From: Euglena gracilis
Lineage: Eukaryota
Direction of reading: 5' to 3'
NCBI GenBank assembly: GCA_039621445.1
Contig: CP154954.1
Location: forward strand, 48,153,847-48,217,846
Length of the DNA stretch: 64,000 nt
The notes under the pieces were generated by a model, which worked only from the letters and a program-made list of their open reading frames with translations, ran no database searches and was not told the DNA's origin. The position numbers and the translations under genes were made by a program. Of the stretch, positions 41,433-54,100 are shown one piece after another; positions within the stretch are counted from its first letter, which is position 1, and every line of letters starts with the position of its first letter.

Positions 41433-42749
41433 GTTCAGTCAGTGGAGGTGTGCCACAGGAGGTGGAGTCCGATTTGGTGGAACCGCGGCCGGCCGCGGTC
41501 AGCCGCGGCCGGCCGCGGCTGCACATGGTGGTGGGAAAATGGCCGACCGCGGCCGGCCGCGGTTCCACTTTCCCAAAATTTTTTTTTTCGAAAGTGGGAC
41601 CGCGGTCGGCCGCGGTCGACTGCGGTTCCACTTTCATGAATTATGAACAACGTTGTGGTGGGACGACGGTCAGCCGCGGTCAGCCGCGGCCAACCGTCGT
41701 CCCACCACAGCAAGCCATCACCAGCCTGCTCGCATTGGGGTATACCAAGTAATCTCTGCGGCAAACAGTGGCGGATGAGCGAAGCAAAAACAGAGGCGAT
41801 GGAATCTGAAATCCCAGTGATTGGGGGGGGGTGTGGGGGGGGGGTGTGGCGGGGGGGTGGGGGTCTGGGGCGTGATAAATTGGCCCCTGCAAGGTACCAG
41901 CTACTCCAAAGAGCCGCCCAACTAGGGTTAATACACATGGGGGACTCGGCGCCTTCGGCGCCTCGCTCGGGTCCCCCCATGTTTTTAACCCAGGTTGGGC
42001 GGCTCTTTGGGTTCGCTGGGTACCTTGTAGAGACCAATCTAACAACGTTGAGCGGGAGATGTTCTGCTGCTTGGATAAGAATCGTAACCCGAACCCTACT
42101 CCTTCAAATAACCTCATAAATTCTTTTTGGCCACAATGAAACGCCATCGGGAAATTCTTTTGCAGAAATATAAAAATAAAAAAAATAAAATACATATAAG
42201 CAAAAATAAAATGTATGGGGGGGTGTGGGGGGTGTGGGGGGTCTGGGGCGTGATAAATTGGCCCCTATTGCGGAACAGGAGGCATTAACAGCACCACAGC
42301 ATGATCGTCTTAGACTCTGTGTGCGGGATTACCAGGGTGGCCAATTTCCCAGATTTTAAGCCTTCCTTTCTGCCAGCAAATGGCAATGCTCTTGGTTGTT
42401 GATAAATGCAGGCAGGATGAAAGCTGGGCAGCCGTCGGAACTGAGCCGGCTGGTGATGGTGCCTGATTACTGCATAGATGGTCGGCCCTGGTGGAACCGC
42501 GGCTGACCGCGGCTGACCGCGGCCAGCCGCGGTTCCACCAGAGACACGTTACAAAATGCTCTTGGTGGGACCGCGGCTGGCCGCGATTCCACCAGCAACA
42601 CTCTCTTGGTGGTGGCCGCGGCTGGCCGCGGCCGGCCGCGGCTAGCCGTCATCCCACCCAGGTGGACGCGACGGTCGCCGACGGTCGACCGCCGGTCCAC
42701 CTCCAGCGACTCCACCTCCTGTGGCACCCCCCCCCCCCCCCGACTGAAC
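41433..42749. mobile_element. Second foldback-like element with CCGCGG-array arms
   Basis: Inverted termini GTTCAGTC..GTGCCACAGGAGGTGGAGTC / GACTCCACCTCCTGTGGCAC..GACTGAAC; arms made of GGTGGAACCGCGGCC..CCGCGGTTCCAC units. Confidence 0.7.
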
Positions 42750-43361
42750 TCCACCCAGCAACACAGCCAGGCTTCTCTTTAAGACCTCTTAGGGAAACTC
42801 CCTTGGGAAAAACCCTCTTAGGGCATTTCCCAAAAAAAAGCTCCGTCGGTTCGCACCAAAACCAATGCCCGGCCCTCCCGACCGGACTAGGCAAGGGGAT
42901 CCCAGTCTGGACCCCCCCGGGGCGTACAAGTGTACCGATCCCCGAGGAGGGTCGCTTTCAATATATTTTTTTCAATCACCCCCCCGGGGGGGGGTCCTCT
43001 GGCTTTCTGGAATCCAAGTGAAAATTGACCACAAACGTGTAAAACAAGGCCAAAATTCTTCAAAAAAAGCCAAAAAAAACTTCCAGCGCCTTTCTTGTTG
43101 GATCACTTTTGTGGTAGTTTAGTGGGTTATTTTTGCCCCCCCTCCCCCTAGGAGAGAGGGGGGTCTGGGCCAGAATCCAGCCAGTCACTCTGAAAAAACC
43201 AGCCACCCACCCCTCCGGGGGGGGGGTCAGCCAAGTGGCTAAATGTTGGTGACTGGGGTGTCGGTGTCTTCTGAGTTAAAAAGAAACGACCACTATCCCG
43301 GTCGTCCTCTCCTGTTGTTTGTTCGGGGGAAGAGGATGCCAGAGACGGAGTGAGCCGGGGG

Positions 43362-46300
43362 CTACAGCTTGCACTCCGGAAAGGCCCACTTCCGGATCAG
43401 GACGTGGGCGAGCGTGGTGGGCGGCGGCAGGCGGAACGGGCTGCCGTCCGGCCCCGGCAGGCCCCCTTTGTTGCACTACAGCGTCTTGTCTGTTTATGGA
43501 CGGCGGTGGCCCTGTTTGCCGTGTGGTGAGTGGCCAGGGACCCCCCAACACCAGTGTTCTTGTGTTGCTCCCCCTGGCCCGGTGAGTAACTCTGGCCCTG
43601 GCTGGCCCCCACCCCTGTCACCCCTCACCCCCGCTGCAGCTGTGTGTTTCGGGAGGAGCACCCTCTGTGGTGGGGCGGGATGGCAGCCGTGGGGGGGCCT
43701 GGCTACGGCGTACGCCGCCGCGGCGTCCAGAGCCTGCTGCACCTCCGTGCGGGGCACCCCGCCAGGCGATTGCTCAGGTCTCCCGAAGGGGACTCTGAAC
43801 CCCTCCCCTCGTCCAGTACCCCCTCCTCCTGCGACCTCCACAAGGGGTCACGAGATCGTTTTCCTGACAAAAGAGGTCATAAGGTCCGTCCCTCTCCACC
43901 GGCTACAGATCGCGACGTCGGGGAACAATGAAGCGTCCCGCCTCGAAATCCGGAAATGGCGGGCAATCCTCGTGCGACATCGGGGGCCAACCCGACGCCA
44001 CCCCTCCCCCCAACCGGTCCATTTGGGGGGAGGCGGATCACCAGCGCCGCTCAGGCAACCGGCTGCCCCCAGCGCGCCTCCTCTATCTCGTCGCTGGGCA
44101 CGATGGGCTGGCTCGGGAGCGGCCCCTTCTCCACTGAGCAACAATGAACACACGGCACGATGGAAAACAGAAAGAGAGGGGGTGGCGGAGGGGCGACGGG
44201 GCCGGCCGCGTCCCCCTGGCCGAGGAAGCCGATCATGAGGGAGTTGGGGAACGGCCACGGCTGCGACTGCACGTACTGCGGCCCGCCGGCCCGCCGAGCG
44301 ACGGGGCAGGGGGGGGCCCCCGGGGCATTCCTTACCTCTCCTTCTCTTTCCGTGGAACGCAGAGAGTCACTGCACAGGCGCTTTTTTAAAAAAAAAAAAG
44401 AGGGTAGTGGGCAGGCTTTTGCTTCAAGGCCACGGGGGTCCATGAGCTGGGGATTATCCCTAGCCACTGAAGAAAGCCGCAACCTGGATCCCCCCGGGGG
44501 GGGGTCCCGGGGGTCTGCCCATTGAAGAAAAATATCATCGTCTGGCAATCAGGGAATTTCTTAAGGACCCCCAGGGGGGGGTCCAGCCTCCGGCTGGCAA
44601 AAAGGCTGCTGGCTGGATTTGAGCTGCTGGCTGAACCCCCCCCCCCGGGGGGGTGGGGGGGGGGGGGGGGGGGTCTGGGGCTGGAGGGGGCTGGGCTCGG
44701 CTGGGTCGGTGAAAACCAAAATTTTCTAACACGTTTTTGCCATTTTCGACATTTTGGTGGATGGAGCTAGATCAAGCTGGGGGCTGTGATGGAGGAAGCT
44801 GTGGTGAGGGGAAAAAATGCAGGGATAGGTGAGCTGGGCAGCCCAGTTGGCTGGCCAGCCTGCGGCCGGCTGGCCCGGCCTTCGGCCGGCTGGCCCGGCC
44901 TCCGGCCGGGCCGGACCCAACTTTATTTCAGTCGACCCCCAGCCCAAATTTGGGCTGCTGGCTGGATTTGAGCTGCTGGCTGGCTGGACCCCCCCCCCCG
45001 GGGGGGGGGTAGGGTACCCTCCGGCTTAAGAAATTCCCTGCTGGCGATATGCGCCAAGGAGGAACTGGGGATTTTAACGTGCTTTTTGGCCGACTTTGTC
45101 CAAAAAAAAATCACACCACACCCAAAAATGCCGAAAACGGGCATGCTTTGCAGGTCTCAGTGGTCGAAAAATTCCCGCGCTCGCCGGTCACTGGGATTTT
45201 TTTTTACAAACCAGGATTTCCACCAGGCAGGTCTCTGCTCAAACCCAGGGGCCCCAAGCGGCCCACCAAACCCCCCGGGGTGCCGGGCGAGCTCTGGCGC
45301 ACCGGCCGCAGGGTGCCGGGCAGCACCGGGATGCCGGTCTCCTCCAGCACCTCCCGCGCCACCGCGGCCTCGAGGGTCTCCCCCGGCTCCACAAAGCCCG
45401 CCAGGCAGGACCAGAACGGCCCCAGACAGGCTCCTCCCCCGGGGGTGGGGGGACCTGGGCAGTCCGGGAAGGCCTGGGGGTGGGGGCTGACCCCTGCACC
45501 TCCACTCACGGGGTTTCCGGGACTGGTGTTCAAGAAGGATTAACAGCTGAATTCTCAAAATTCTGTTCGGGTAACTGCTGATTCGATCCGGAAATCCTCT
45601 CCGAGTGGCCATCTTTTTCAACCATGTTGGCCCAGACATTCCAGAACTTCGACTCTTTCACGACCAGGCCAGGGGAGGGGATAAGTTTGGGTTCTGCCCT
45701 GCCTGGGTCGGCGGCGCCAGATCGACTATTTCGAAACCACAGAATTGTGGTGTGTTGAAGGGCGGGGGGGGGGGACAGTGTAGGAGTTCAAAAACAAATC
45801 AGTGGAGGGCGGGGGGGGGGGTTGGGGTCCGAAAGCCGGTCGGCCACCGTCCCCATTCCGCCATTGGCCGCCCCCCACCCAGACCCAGCCGACCAACCGC
45901 AGGCGGAGGAGCCCCCTGAGCCCCGCCGGGAACTTCCGGTTGTGCCCCGGGCACAGGGGCTGGCCCGGGGGCGGGGGAGGCGGGGCGAGCCCCTGGGCAG
46001 GAGGCAGCGGTCGGCGCCGTCGTGGACCAGCATGATGACGGAGGGGTCCGTGCGTGGGAAGCACACGTTGTGCAGCCCCGTCCGCGTGGGGCACGCCGCG
46101 CCCGTGCACTGCCGCTTGTGCCCCGCGTCTGACGGGCGGGCGGCGAGGGGCCAGCGACGGGGGGGGGGACGAGGGGCGGGAGCGGCACTTCCGTCGGGCC
46201 GGCCCCTTTGCAGCCAAAGCCATCCGACCTGCCCACAAATGAAATGACCTTCTCTTTTCAGATGAACATGCACTCATCGACAATTTGGACGTGGGATGGG

Positions 46301-48464
46301 TTTGGGACAGGGCCTCTCAAAGATGCAACGCAAACCAAAAAGCAGGCACCAGGGGTTTTCTTAAGGACCCCGTGGGGGGGGGGGGTCCAGCCTCCGGCTG
46401 GCAAAAAGGCTGCTGGATGGAAACGAGCCAAAGAAAACACAAGAAAGTCTGCGCGCCAACCAAAGCGACATCAGTGCCGCAAAACCGTCGATTTGGGGAA
46501 TGGGGGAGCCATGGCTGGGGGCGATTGGGCCAATGCCCACACAATCAGGGTTCGATGAGGAGGATGTACGGGTCAGCGGGGGGAGTCCCCCCCCCCTTTG
46601 CTGGACGGGAGGGGGGAGGGTCCGACCCACCCCCACCCCACCTGCCTTAAAATCAAACCCTGCACACAACCTCGCGTGACTGGCCTCCATCAGTGACCGC
46701 CTGCTGGCTGGACCCCCAGGGGGCTGGGCTGGGCTGGGTCGATGAAAAAAAAAAAAACTAGACATTTTTGCCTTTTCGACATTTTGATGGATGGAGCTAG
46801 GTCAAGGCTGGGGGGTTGTGATGGAGGAAGCTGTGATGAGGGGAAAAAATGGGGATAGGAGAGCTGGGCAGCCCAGTTGGCTGTCCAGCCTGCGGCCGGC
46901 TGGCGCGGCCTCTGGCCGGGCTGGACTCACTCGACCCCCCGTCCCAGCTCTAATTTGGGCAGCTGGCTGGATTTGAGCTGCTGGCTGGCTGGACCCCCCC
47001 CCCCCCGGGGGATGGGGTACCCTCCGGCTTAAGAAAACCCCTGGCAGGCACTGAACAAATTCAGAAACTGCCAGCATGCCTTTGGGGCTCTTTGGAAAAT
47101 GCCAAAGCCTTTGGTTAACTGATACAAGACAACCAGTAAATGAGCAAAAAAAAGCCAAATTGAAAAGACGTCAACCACACACCATGTCAGACATTGTCTT
47201 TTGAAAAATGCAATAGGAGACCGTCTTCGGTGCAAATCTTTGCCGTGAATCATACGCATACACTCCAGCCATATCTCTCTCACGTTCCCCTGACCCCCCC
47301 CCCCCCCATGTGAGAGGGTACCACACACCTATGCTGACAGTCGGCGCCCCGCACAGCGTGCAGAACGGGTTGCGGGCGTTCCAGTCCAGCAGCGACATCG
47401 CGTGGGCGAGGGTGCCGCTGTCCTCGTTGTCCGCCAGGCGGAGGAACAGGACGTCCTGCGGGAACACCGCCTCGGCGGGCCCAGAGGGGGGGGGGGCAGC
47501 CGTGTGGCGGCCGTGGCAACACCCACCGCCAAAAGCCAAGGTCAGTCCTGAAAAACAGCCCATCACGTGCATCGCGATCCGCAGGGCAACCCATGACAAA
47601 ATGGTTGGTCTGTGCTATCCTAAAAAAAAAAAACCGTTCACAACCCCGATGCCAAGGATTTCAAATGCCCATCACAGAAACAAAGGTACATTCCATCACT
47701 TCAATTCTTGTTGCACGCAACAAACCTGTCCACCATAGCTGCCAAAAGACAAGAACACAAACACAATTTTTGTTCCTGTCTATTGGTTTTGTTCCCGCCC
47801 TGTCTGGGAGGTGAGTTGCCCAAATCACCCCCGTTATACCAACTTCTTTGGCGCATTAACTTCTGACACGTTGCCCCCCCCTCCTCCCGAGGTGCCGCCC
47901 ACCCCTGCGTGTGGTCTGTGAGGTCGGCGGGCTGGACGGCGTCGGCAACGGCCAGGGCAAAATGGGGCTCGCCCTGCGCTGCAAACGGCGGCAGGCAGAG
48001 GCATGCCCGGGCCGGAAACAGTGCGGCGAAGGCGTGTGGCTGGCGCAAAAAACCAAACCTACAACAAATTCTTCAAGAAACCACAACAAAGTCATGTGTG
48101 ACATGCGTGCCACACGTGACAAGTGCACAAAAAACACACTAAACGAAAAATAATGATGGAAGGGCGGTGTGGGTTACTGTTCGCCCGGTTCTGGTTCGCC
48201 CCTGGTTCGCCCGGGCCTGGGCCCCAGCAGCACCAGCGGCTGCGGGTTGCCCTCCCGCCTGCCTTGCAGCGCCGCCAGCGGCAGCCACAGCAGCCGGTGC
48301 TCCCCCGGCCCCGCCTTGGTGCACAGCGGGCTGTGCCGGCGGCCCCGCAGCACGAGGCACCGCGCCGCCGGGTGGGCCTCCGCCGCCGCCACGCGCTCCG
48401 CGTCGCTGCGGACGTCGGCGCCGCGGTCCGGGAGGGAGGAGTCGACGTACGCCAGGCCGGTCAT
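43362..48464 (-). CDS. NADH pyrophosphatase (NudC / NUDT12-13-like Nudix hydrolase) with C-terminal PTS1-like -CKL
   Basis: Exons encode AHAMSLLDWNARNPFCTLCGAPT...KRQCTGAAC (zinc ribbon), FPRTDPSVIMLV, the Nudix box SCLAGFVEPGETLEAAVAREVLEETGI (~45330-45415), the NADH pyrophosphatase signature SQPWPFPNSLMIG (~44230-44270), EIEEARW|VPRTEV and LPPPTTLAHVLIRKWAFPECKL* (TAG 43362-43364). The start Met (MTGLAY at 48464) is uncertain. Confidence 0.93.
43758..44068 (-). other. Nonconventional intron with a residual 6/8 TSD
   Basis: ggg-CAGCCGGTTGC ... GCAATCGCCTG-gcggg; flanks GCTGGGGG and GCGGGGTG; removal gives E-A-R-W-V-P-R. Confidence 0.8.
44115..44207 (-). other. Nonconventional intron, CGG/CCG variant
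   Basis: ggc-CGGCCCC ... GGGGCCG-ctccc; removal gives G-D-A-S-Q-P-I-V. Confidence 0.75.
44550..45040. mobile_element. hAT-like MITE, family CAGGG...CTTAAG
   Basis: Perfect 16-bp TIR CAGGGAATTTCTTAAG; TSD CTGGCAAT/CTGGCGAT. Related fragments near 4857, 24150, 36130-36520 and 52195-52560. Confidence 0.88.
45949..45998 (-). other. 50-nt nonconventional intron
   Basis: gcc-CAGGGGCT ... AGCCCCTG-tgccc; removal gives R-C-L-L-G-H-N-R-K-F. Confidence 0.8.
46350..47043. mobile_element. hAT-like MITE, family CAGGG...CTTAAG, perfect TSD
   Basis: Perfect 16-bp TIR CAGGGGTTTTCTTAAG; TSD GCAGGCAC on both sides; interior similar to 44550-45040. Confidence 0.9.
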
Positions 48465-50323
48465 GCGTGAACGCTGTGACGCGCGAGGAGGGCGGCGAGG
48501 CGTGACGGGCGGTGTGGTGGTCCGGCTGTCCTCCTGTTGTGGGCGCTCTCGATGTGTCTGGAGGAAAAAACCATTGCCGTCCCCTGGAGCAGCCCTTGCC
48601 AGACGGGAGGGGAAGGGGGACCGTCCACCAACCATGCCAAAAACGGCCGTTCCCACACGACCGGGAGAAGGGGGTGGTGGGGCTTCTCCGCACTCGTTTC
48701 CCACATCGCCAGCCAGGGACACATTCTTCTTTCAGAAACACACACACACACACACAACCATTCCCAAACATGAATACTTCCTGAGCCCTCCCTGTTGGGT
48801 TGTGTCCATTCCCCCAGAATTCTGAGAGGATGAAAATCCTGGACTTGCTGGAAAAGAGTTGCTTGGTTGTTCCCCCCACATCGCCGTGTGGAATCGGGGC
48901 AGAAATACGCTTGGGCAAGGCGGAGCCAGAAGAAATTGAAATTGCATAAATGCCCCAAATCAACAAACTACGCAAACAATGTTGCTTTTGCGAAAAACAC
49001 ATTTTAGCTGAATTTTTCGCTTGTTTGAATCTCCCCCCCCCAACAAAAAGTGGCGGCCGGACAAGCACTAAAAGGTCTGTAGTCCCGGCCTAAATAACCA
49101 ATTGAAATGCAGGTGACACAACACATTGACAATTTGAGTACAGGGGTGGGGAGCCCCACTCCGAAGCGGTGGAAGTCGGTAGTTCACAATGGGGGGGTTG
49201 GGCTGGGAAGATTAGACTACAGCGGCACCGCAAGGTCGAGGCCAAGCCTCGGGGAGTGAGATGGCGGAGGGTGATCGAGGCAGTGGCAGAAGGCGAGAGA
49301 TGGCGGGGCAGTCGACAAGGCCGTTGCGCCAGACGAACGGCCGGTCACCCCCAGCCGGATAGAGAGAAGACGTGGTGTGGAGGTCACAGACAGGGTCCGT
49401 GGTACCGTATCTGCTCCCGCCCCACATACAATTCCCAGGACAGCCTCTTGGGGATCGTCAGACAACAAATCCTGAAAACTAAATCGAACGTCTGAATAAA
49501 TTTGTTTCGCGCAGAGAAAGCGATGCGGACCAAAATGAAGAACACACTTTCTGTGAGAACCCCAAATCCCCAAATCCACCTGAGGAATGGATACTCTCGG
49601 GAGAAAAATTTTGGCCAAATAAATCCTAAAATGCAATTTGTGGTGCTCGAATGGGGGTGGGTGAGCAGGGGGATTATAGCCCCACCCCATCCAGTATTTC
49701 CCCCTCACACCAAACCCTGGCAGAGCGACAGGCAGGCCTGGCAGGACGATTGATCGCCACCGGCCAAGGAAGAGGAGGACCTGTCGGAGTGCCAGGGTGA
49801 CCTGTTCGGAACGCTGCACGCTGGGGGGGGGTGAGTTTGCACTTGAGCTTGCCATTGAGAGACTTCGAAAGACGACAAGGATCCGTTGGTCAAAGGGGCT
49901 GAACTGCGCACGGGAAACAGGGCCCTGATGCATTGATAACCGGCGCATTCATCTCTGATAAAATGGTCGGGAAGAATTGAGCGATTTCGACCCTCCCCCC
50001 TAACTTGCCCTCTGCCCAAGCTTCACTGCTGTCAAATACAGTGCAATGGCTCTGCATCGGAACTGCCACCTTCCACGACAGCTTGTCAAAGGTCAGGGTG
50101 GGTCCTTTCCATCGGGGCACACACACTCCAAGTAAAATGCGCCGACGTTCCACGTGCATGGGCCGAGCTGCCGGCACATGTGGGGGACAATGCTCCGAAC
50201 CACTGGCACAGCACATTTCCGGACAGCTTACGTCGGTTCCAATCCGCCCTGGAGGCAGAAGAGGCAGAGGAGGAGGAGGAAGGGGGACGGATGGGCCAAG
50301 GCGACGCTGGTCCTGAGAGGGAC

Positions 50324-50632
50324 CAGGCGGTTTTTTTTTACCAACCTAAGGGGGGGAGGGGGGTCCGGAGTGCACTGGAGTGCCTGCCCAGGCAGGCACT
50401 ACCCCCCCGGGGGGTTGGATTTCGGCCTGTGCCCAGGAACTTGCCTCAGAAAACAGGCCATTTTCCTTGAAAATAGGCCTTTTTTGAGCCTTCCGGCGCC
50501 GGAGTGCCTGCTGGGCACTTTTGGCCTAGTGCCCCCCCCCCCCCGGGGTCGGATTTTGTGCCTTGGAGTGCCTGCCCAGGCAGCCCCCCCCCCCCCCCGG
50601 GTGGGGTCGGCACCCGACGAAAATACAGCCTG
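50324..50632. mobile_element. hAT-like MITE, family CAGGCTGT, perfect TSD
   Basis: CAGGCGGTTTTT ... AAAATACAGCCTG; TSD AGAGGGAC at 50316-50323 and 50633-50640. Confidence 0.9.
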
Positions 50633-51191
50633 AGAGGGACAACACCGTAGCCGCTCTGGCGACCAGGTCTGCGTCAGAGGTTGTCTTGGAACCAGGGGGG
50701 TCGGCCCCCACCTACTCACCTATCCCCCTGGGGGCGAGCTGGGGGACCCACTTTTGGAGGTCAAATTTGGGTCCCGATTTTTTGGAGTTCACACCGAAAA
50801 CGAAGGAAAAAACCCCCACCACTCCAGGAGTTTAACCCGGCCCAACCCCAGCCTGGATGGAGGTCGGGTCGGGACCCCCCCCCCCCACCCTTCGGGCCAC
50901 CCACAGGCAGGTCAACCACCCCCAGTGCGGGTGGCGTGTTGGCAATGGGCAGGCACATAACAGCACACAACAGTGGTGGGTATTGGGAATTCCTGCTGCT
51001 GCGCTACGCAACAGTACCTGATCCCCGAGCAGCAAACATCGGTCCGAGGGGGCACTCTTCGCCTCACAGGCTGACAACCCCTGCAGGCAAAGGCAGGCCC
51101 AGGACGGAAGGCAGTTGGGGTCAGGGTCAGCGTGCAACGGAGGTGACGGCGTGAGGCCCGGGGTACGGTGTGGGGGGAGAGCGCCGCCCCC

Positions 51192-54100
51192 TCACAGCAG
51201 CCCCTTCAGCTCCACGAGGCGGTCCAGCAGCGTGTTGCAGCGGCGGACGAGGCCGCGCCGCGCCGCCTTGGCGTCCTGCTGCCCGGACTGCAGGTCGCAG
51301 CACAGCACCGCGTCGATGCGCTGCAGCAGCAGCCGCTCCACCGCGCCGAACAGCTGCGCGATGGGGGCAGGCCCCCTGGCGGAGGGCTGAGGGGAGGGGG
51401 GCAGGCTGTTTTTTTTCCAACCCCGGGGGGGGGGTCCGGAGTGCCTGTGAGTGCCTGCCCAAGCAGGCCCCCCCCCCCCCCCCCGGGGCGGGGTCGGCAC
51501 CCAACTAAAATACAGCCTGGAGGGGGTAACCCGCCATTTCCCAAATAAATGCCACCAAATAAATGTCACACTCCCGAGGGCCAGAAAGTGAAATCCAAAA
51601 AAAAAGTGCGTACCCCCAAAAACCATTTTTCACTGAACTGGTGCTGCCCAAATGAATGGTCCAATAATGTGTGCACCCCGTGCAGGGTTTAGGCTGTACG
51701 GGCACCCCTCCCCCCACAGAAGGTGGGGTGGGGGGTTGTCTACCACCACCCACCAACCACCCATAGCGTTTTGGGGATTCCCATTCATCCTGGGGGGGGG
51801 CACTCACACGCTGTATTCCTGTGGGGGACCGCCACATGAATCAATTCTTTGGGATATGCCGCCCCCCCAGCCCACTTCTCCGCTTTGAGTGAGGGGGAAT
51901 GCGCGTCCCCTTTGTGCTGACCAACCACATTGGACAGGATTGGGCTGGGCTGGACTGGACCACCCAACTGTCGAACGCCCTGGACCCTCATTTGTCCATC
52001 ACGCGAGTGAACGGAGCCCCTCACCTTATTATTCATCTCATTTTTTTGGGGGGGGTGGGTCATTATGATTTAACCTCATTCCTGTTTGCTTTTGTGGAGT
52101 CACACGATTAAGGGTCGTCGCAATCGCTGCTGGAGCCTGGCCTTCGTCCTTGTGGCTCGCGTCACCGGGGGCAGGGCATCGCTCAGTGACCCCTGGGGGG
52201 GTCCAGCTCAGAGGCTGGAACTGGCTGGAAAAAGGCCGCTGGCTGACCCCCCCCCCCCATAGGCGTCCCCCGGCTGGGGCTGGGCCCGGGGTCGAACCGG
52301 ATGCCTAAAAGTCGAAACTCCAAAAAACCCCCCAAAGCTGCCAATTATGCAAAATAAATCGATTTTTTGATCCAAAATTTCCCTGGCCAGCCCAAATCCG
52401 ACCCATTTTTGCCCATTTTGCCCATTTTTGCACCCGAAAGCCAAAAATCCGTTACCGTCCAGCCGCCCAAAGGGCGGCTTGAAAAAAAATTGAAACTCGT
52501 CGATGGGGGGGGGGTCCGGCGCTGGAAAAAGGCTGCTGGCTGGCTGGACCCCCCCCCTCCGGGGGATGGGGTCCACTTCGGCTAAGCGGCGCCCAAGCTG
52601 GGGGTGAATCCGGCGACGGTCCGCTCCAGGTCATCCACCTCCGCCTTCAGGTCGTCGATGCGTTGCAGGATGGAGATGGACTTCGTGCTGTACTTCCGCG
52701 CGAAGTCCTGCAGCAACCCAGAGGTGGCCCAGAAGCTGTTTGACTCACTTCCTGACTAACTGATAACCGAAGGATTATTGGCAGATTGAAGAAGGACCCC
52801 AAAACTATAAAACAAATTTGCATTGATCTTCTGCAAAATCTCAGCTCCAAATCTGCAGCATTCGAGCGGAATGGACATTAGTTTTAGGGCGGTCAGTGGA
52901 TGGGGGGGGGGAGCTTAAAACGTTGTGGATGCTCAGGGGAAGGGACGGAGGTGAAAAAAAAGCAGAAGATTACCATTCAGAAAATATGCCATTCACATAA
53001 ATGTTTTCTGGACTGAATTAATGCAATTTTTCCAAAAAGATGCAAATGACTTCAATGACCATGAACCTTGCCCAGCAGCCGAACCTCCTGGGGGAAGGAG
53101 ATCAGATGAAAGCAAAAATTTTTGAGTAAAAAAGGCCGGCAAATTGGCGTGTGAGAAAAAACACTGCAGCCCCCACAATGCGGCAGCCATGCACATCGGC
53201 GTAGCCGGAATTTTTAATTCCACTATTTCCTTTTTCAGGATTGGAGCACCTCCCCCCTGTCAACATCCAACCCTTCCCACCTAGAATGATGTGCATGATA
53301 CCGGCAATGATATGCACCACCATCACGTAGCATGTGACCCACGCCTCCCCCGGCACACCGCAGCGCCCATGCTGGACTCCAACGCCCCCACCTCGCCCGG
53401 CGGTGCCTCCGGGGCCTCGAGGGCGTCCCCCTCCTCGCCGGCTGGCGCGTCTCCCGTGTCCGGGTCGGCCCCCGGCTCGCCGCACGGGTCCCCCGCCGCG
53501 GCCCCGACCTCCTCCGCGGGGGCAGAGGCGGCCGTGCGGCGCAGGCCGCTCAGGAAGGTGAGCAGCGCCTCCGCGCGCTGCACGAGCTGCCGCCGCTCCG
53601 CGCGGGCGTCGTCGCGGCCGGAGCAGAGGTCGGCGGTGGCGACGGCGTCGATGCTGTGCAGCAGCAGCCGCTCCACCTGTCGGGGGCCGGAGGGGGGCGG
53701 CCAGGGGGTGGCCATGCCCGGGAGGTTGGGGGTCGCTGGCTGGGCTGCCAACCGCCTTGTAGGGGGTTTCATCGGACAATCATTTATTTAACACCCAAAC
53801 AACTGTGTCCCAAATGCAAAGCAACAAACCAAGCCCTGCCAGAGGTACTCGGGCCGCATATGGCAGCCACACCTTGCCAAACAGGGTCGCCAGGTCGTCC
53901 CGGGACTCCGGCGTCAGATCCTGGGCCCGGCGCTCGTAGCCGGCCAGCTCCTGCCCCAGGGTGAGCAGAGTCTCGATGGCGCTGGTGGACCGTGAGCTGT
54001 ACGAGCACTGGCAGCGCCCCCTGGGGCAGCCCCGGCTACCTTGTTGCCTCATGGTCCACCACGAGCACACGCCTGGGTCCCCCGTGGGAAGGTGGCAACC

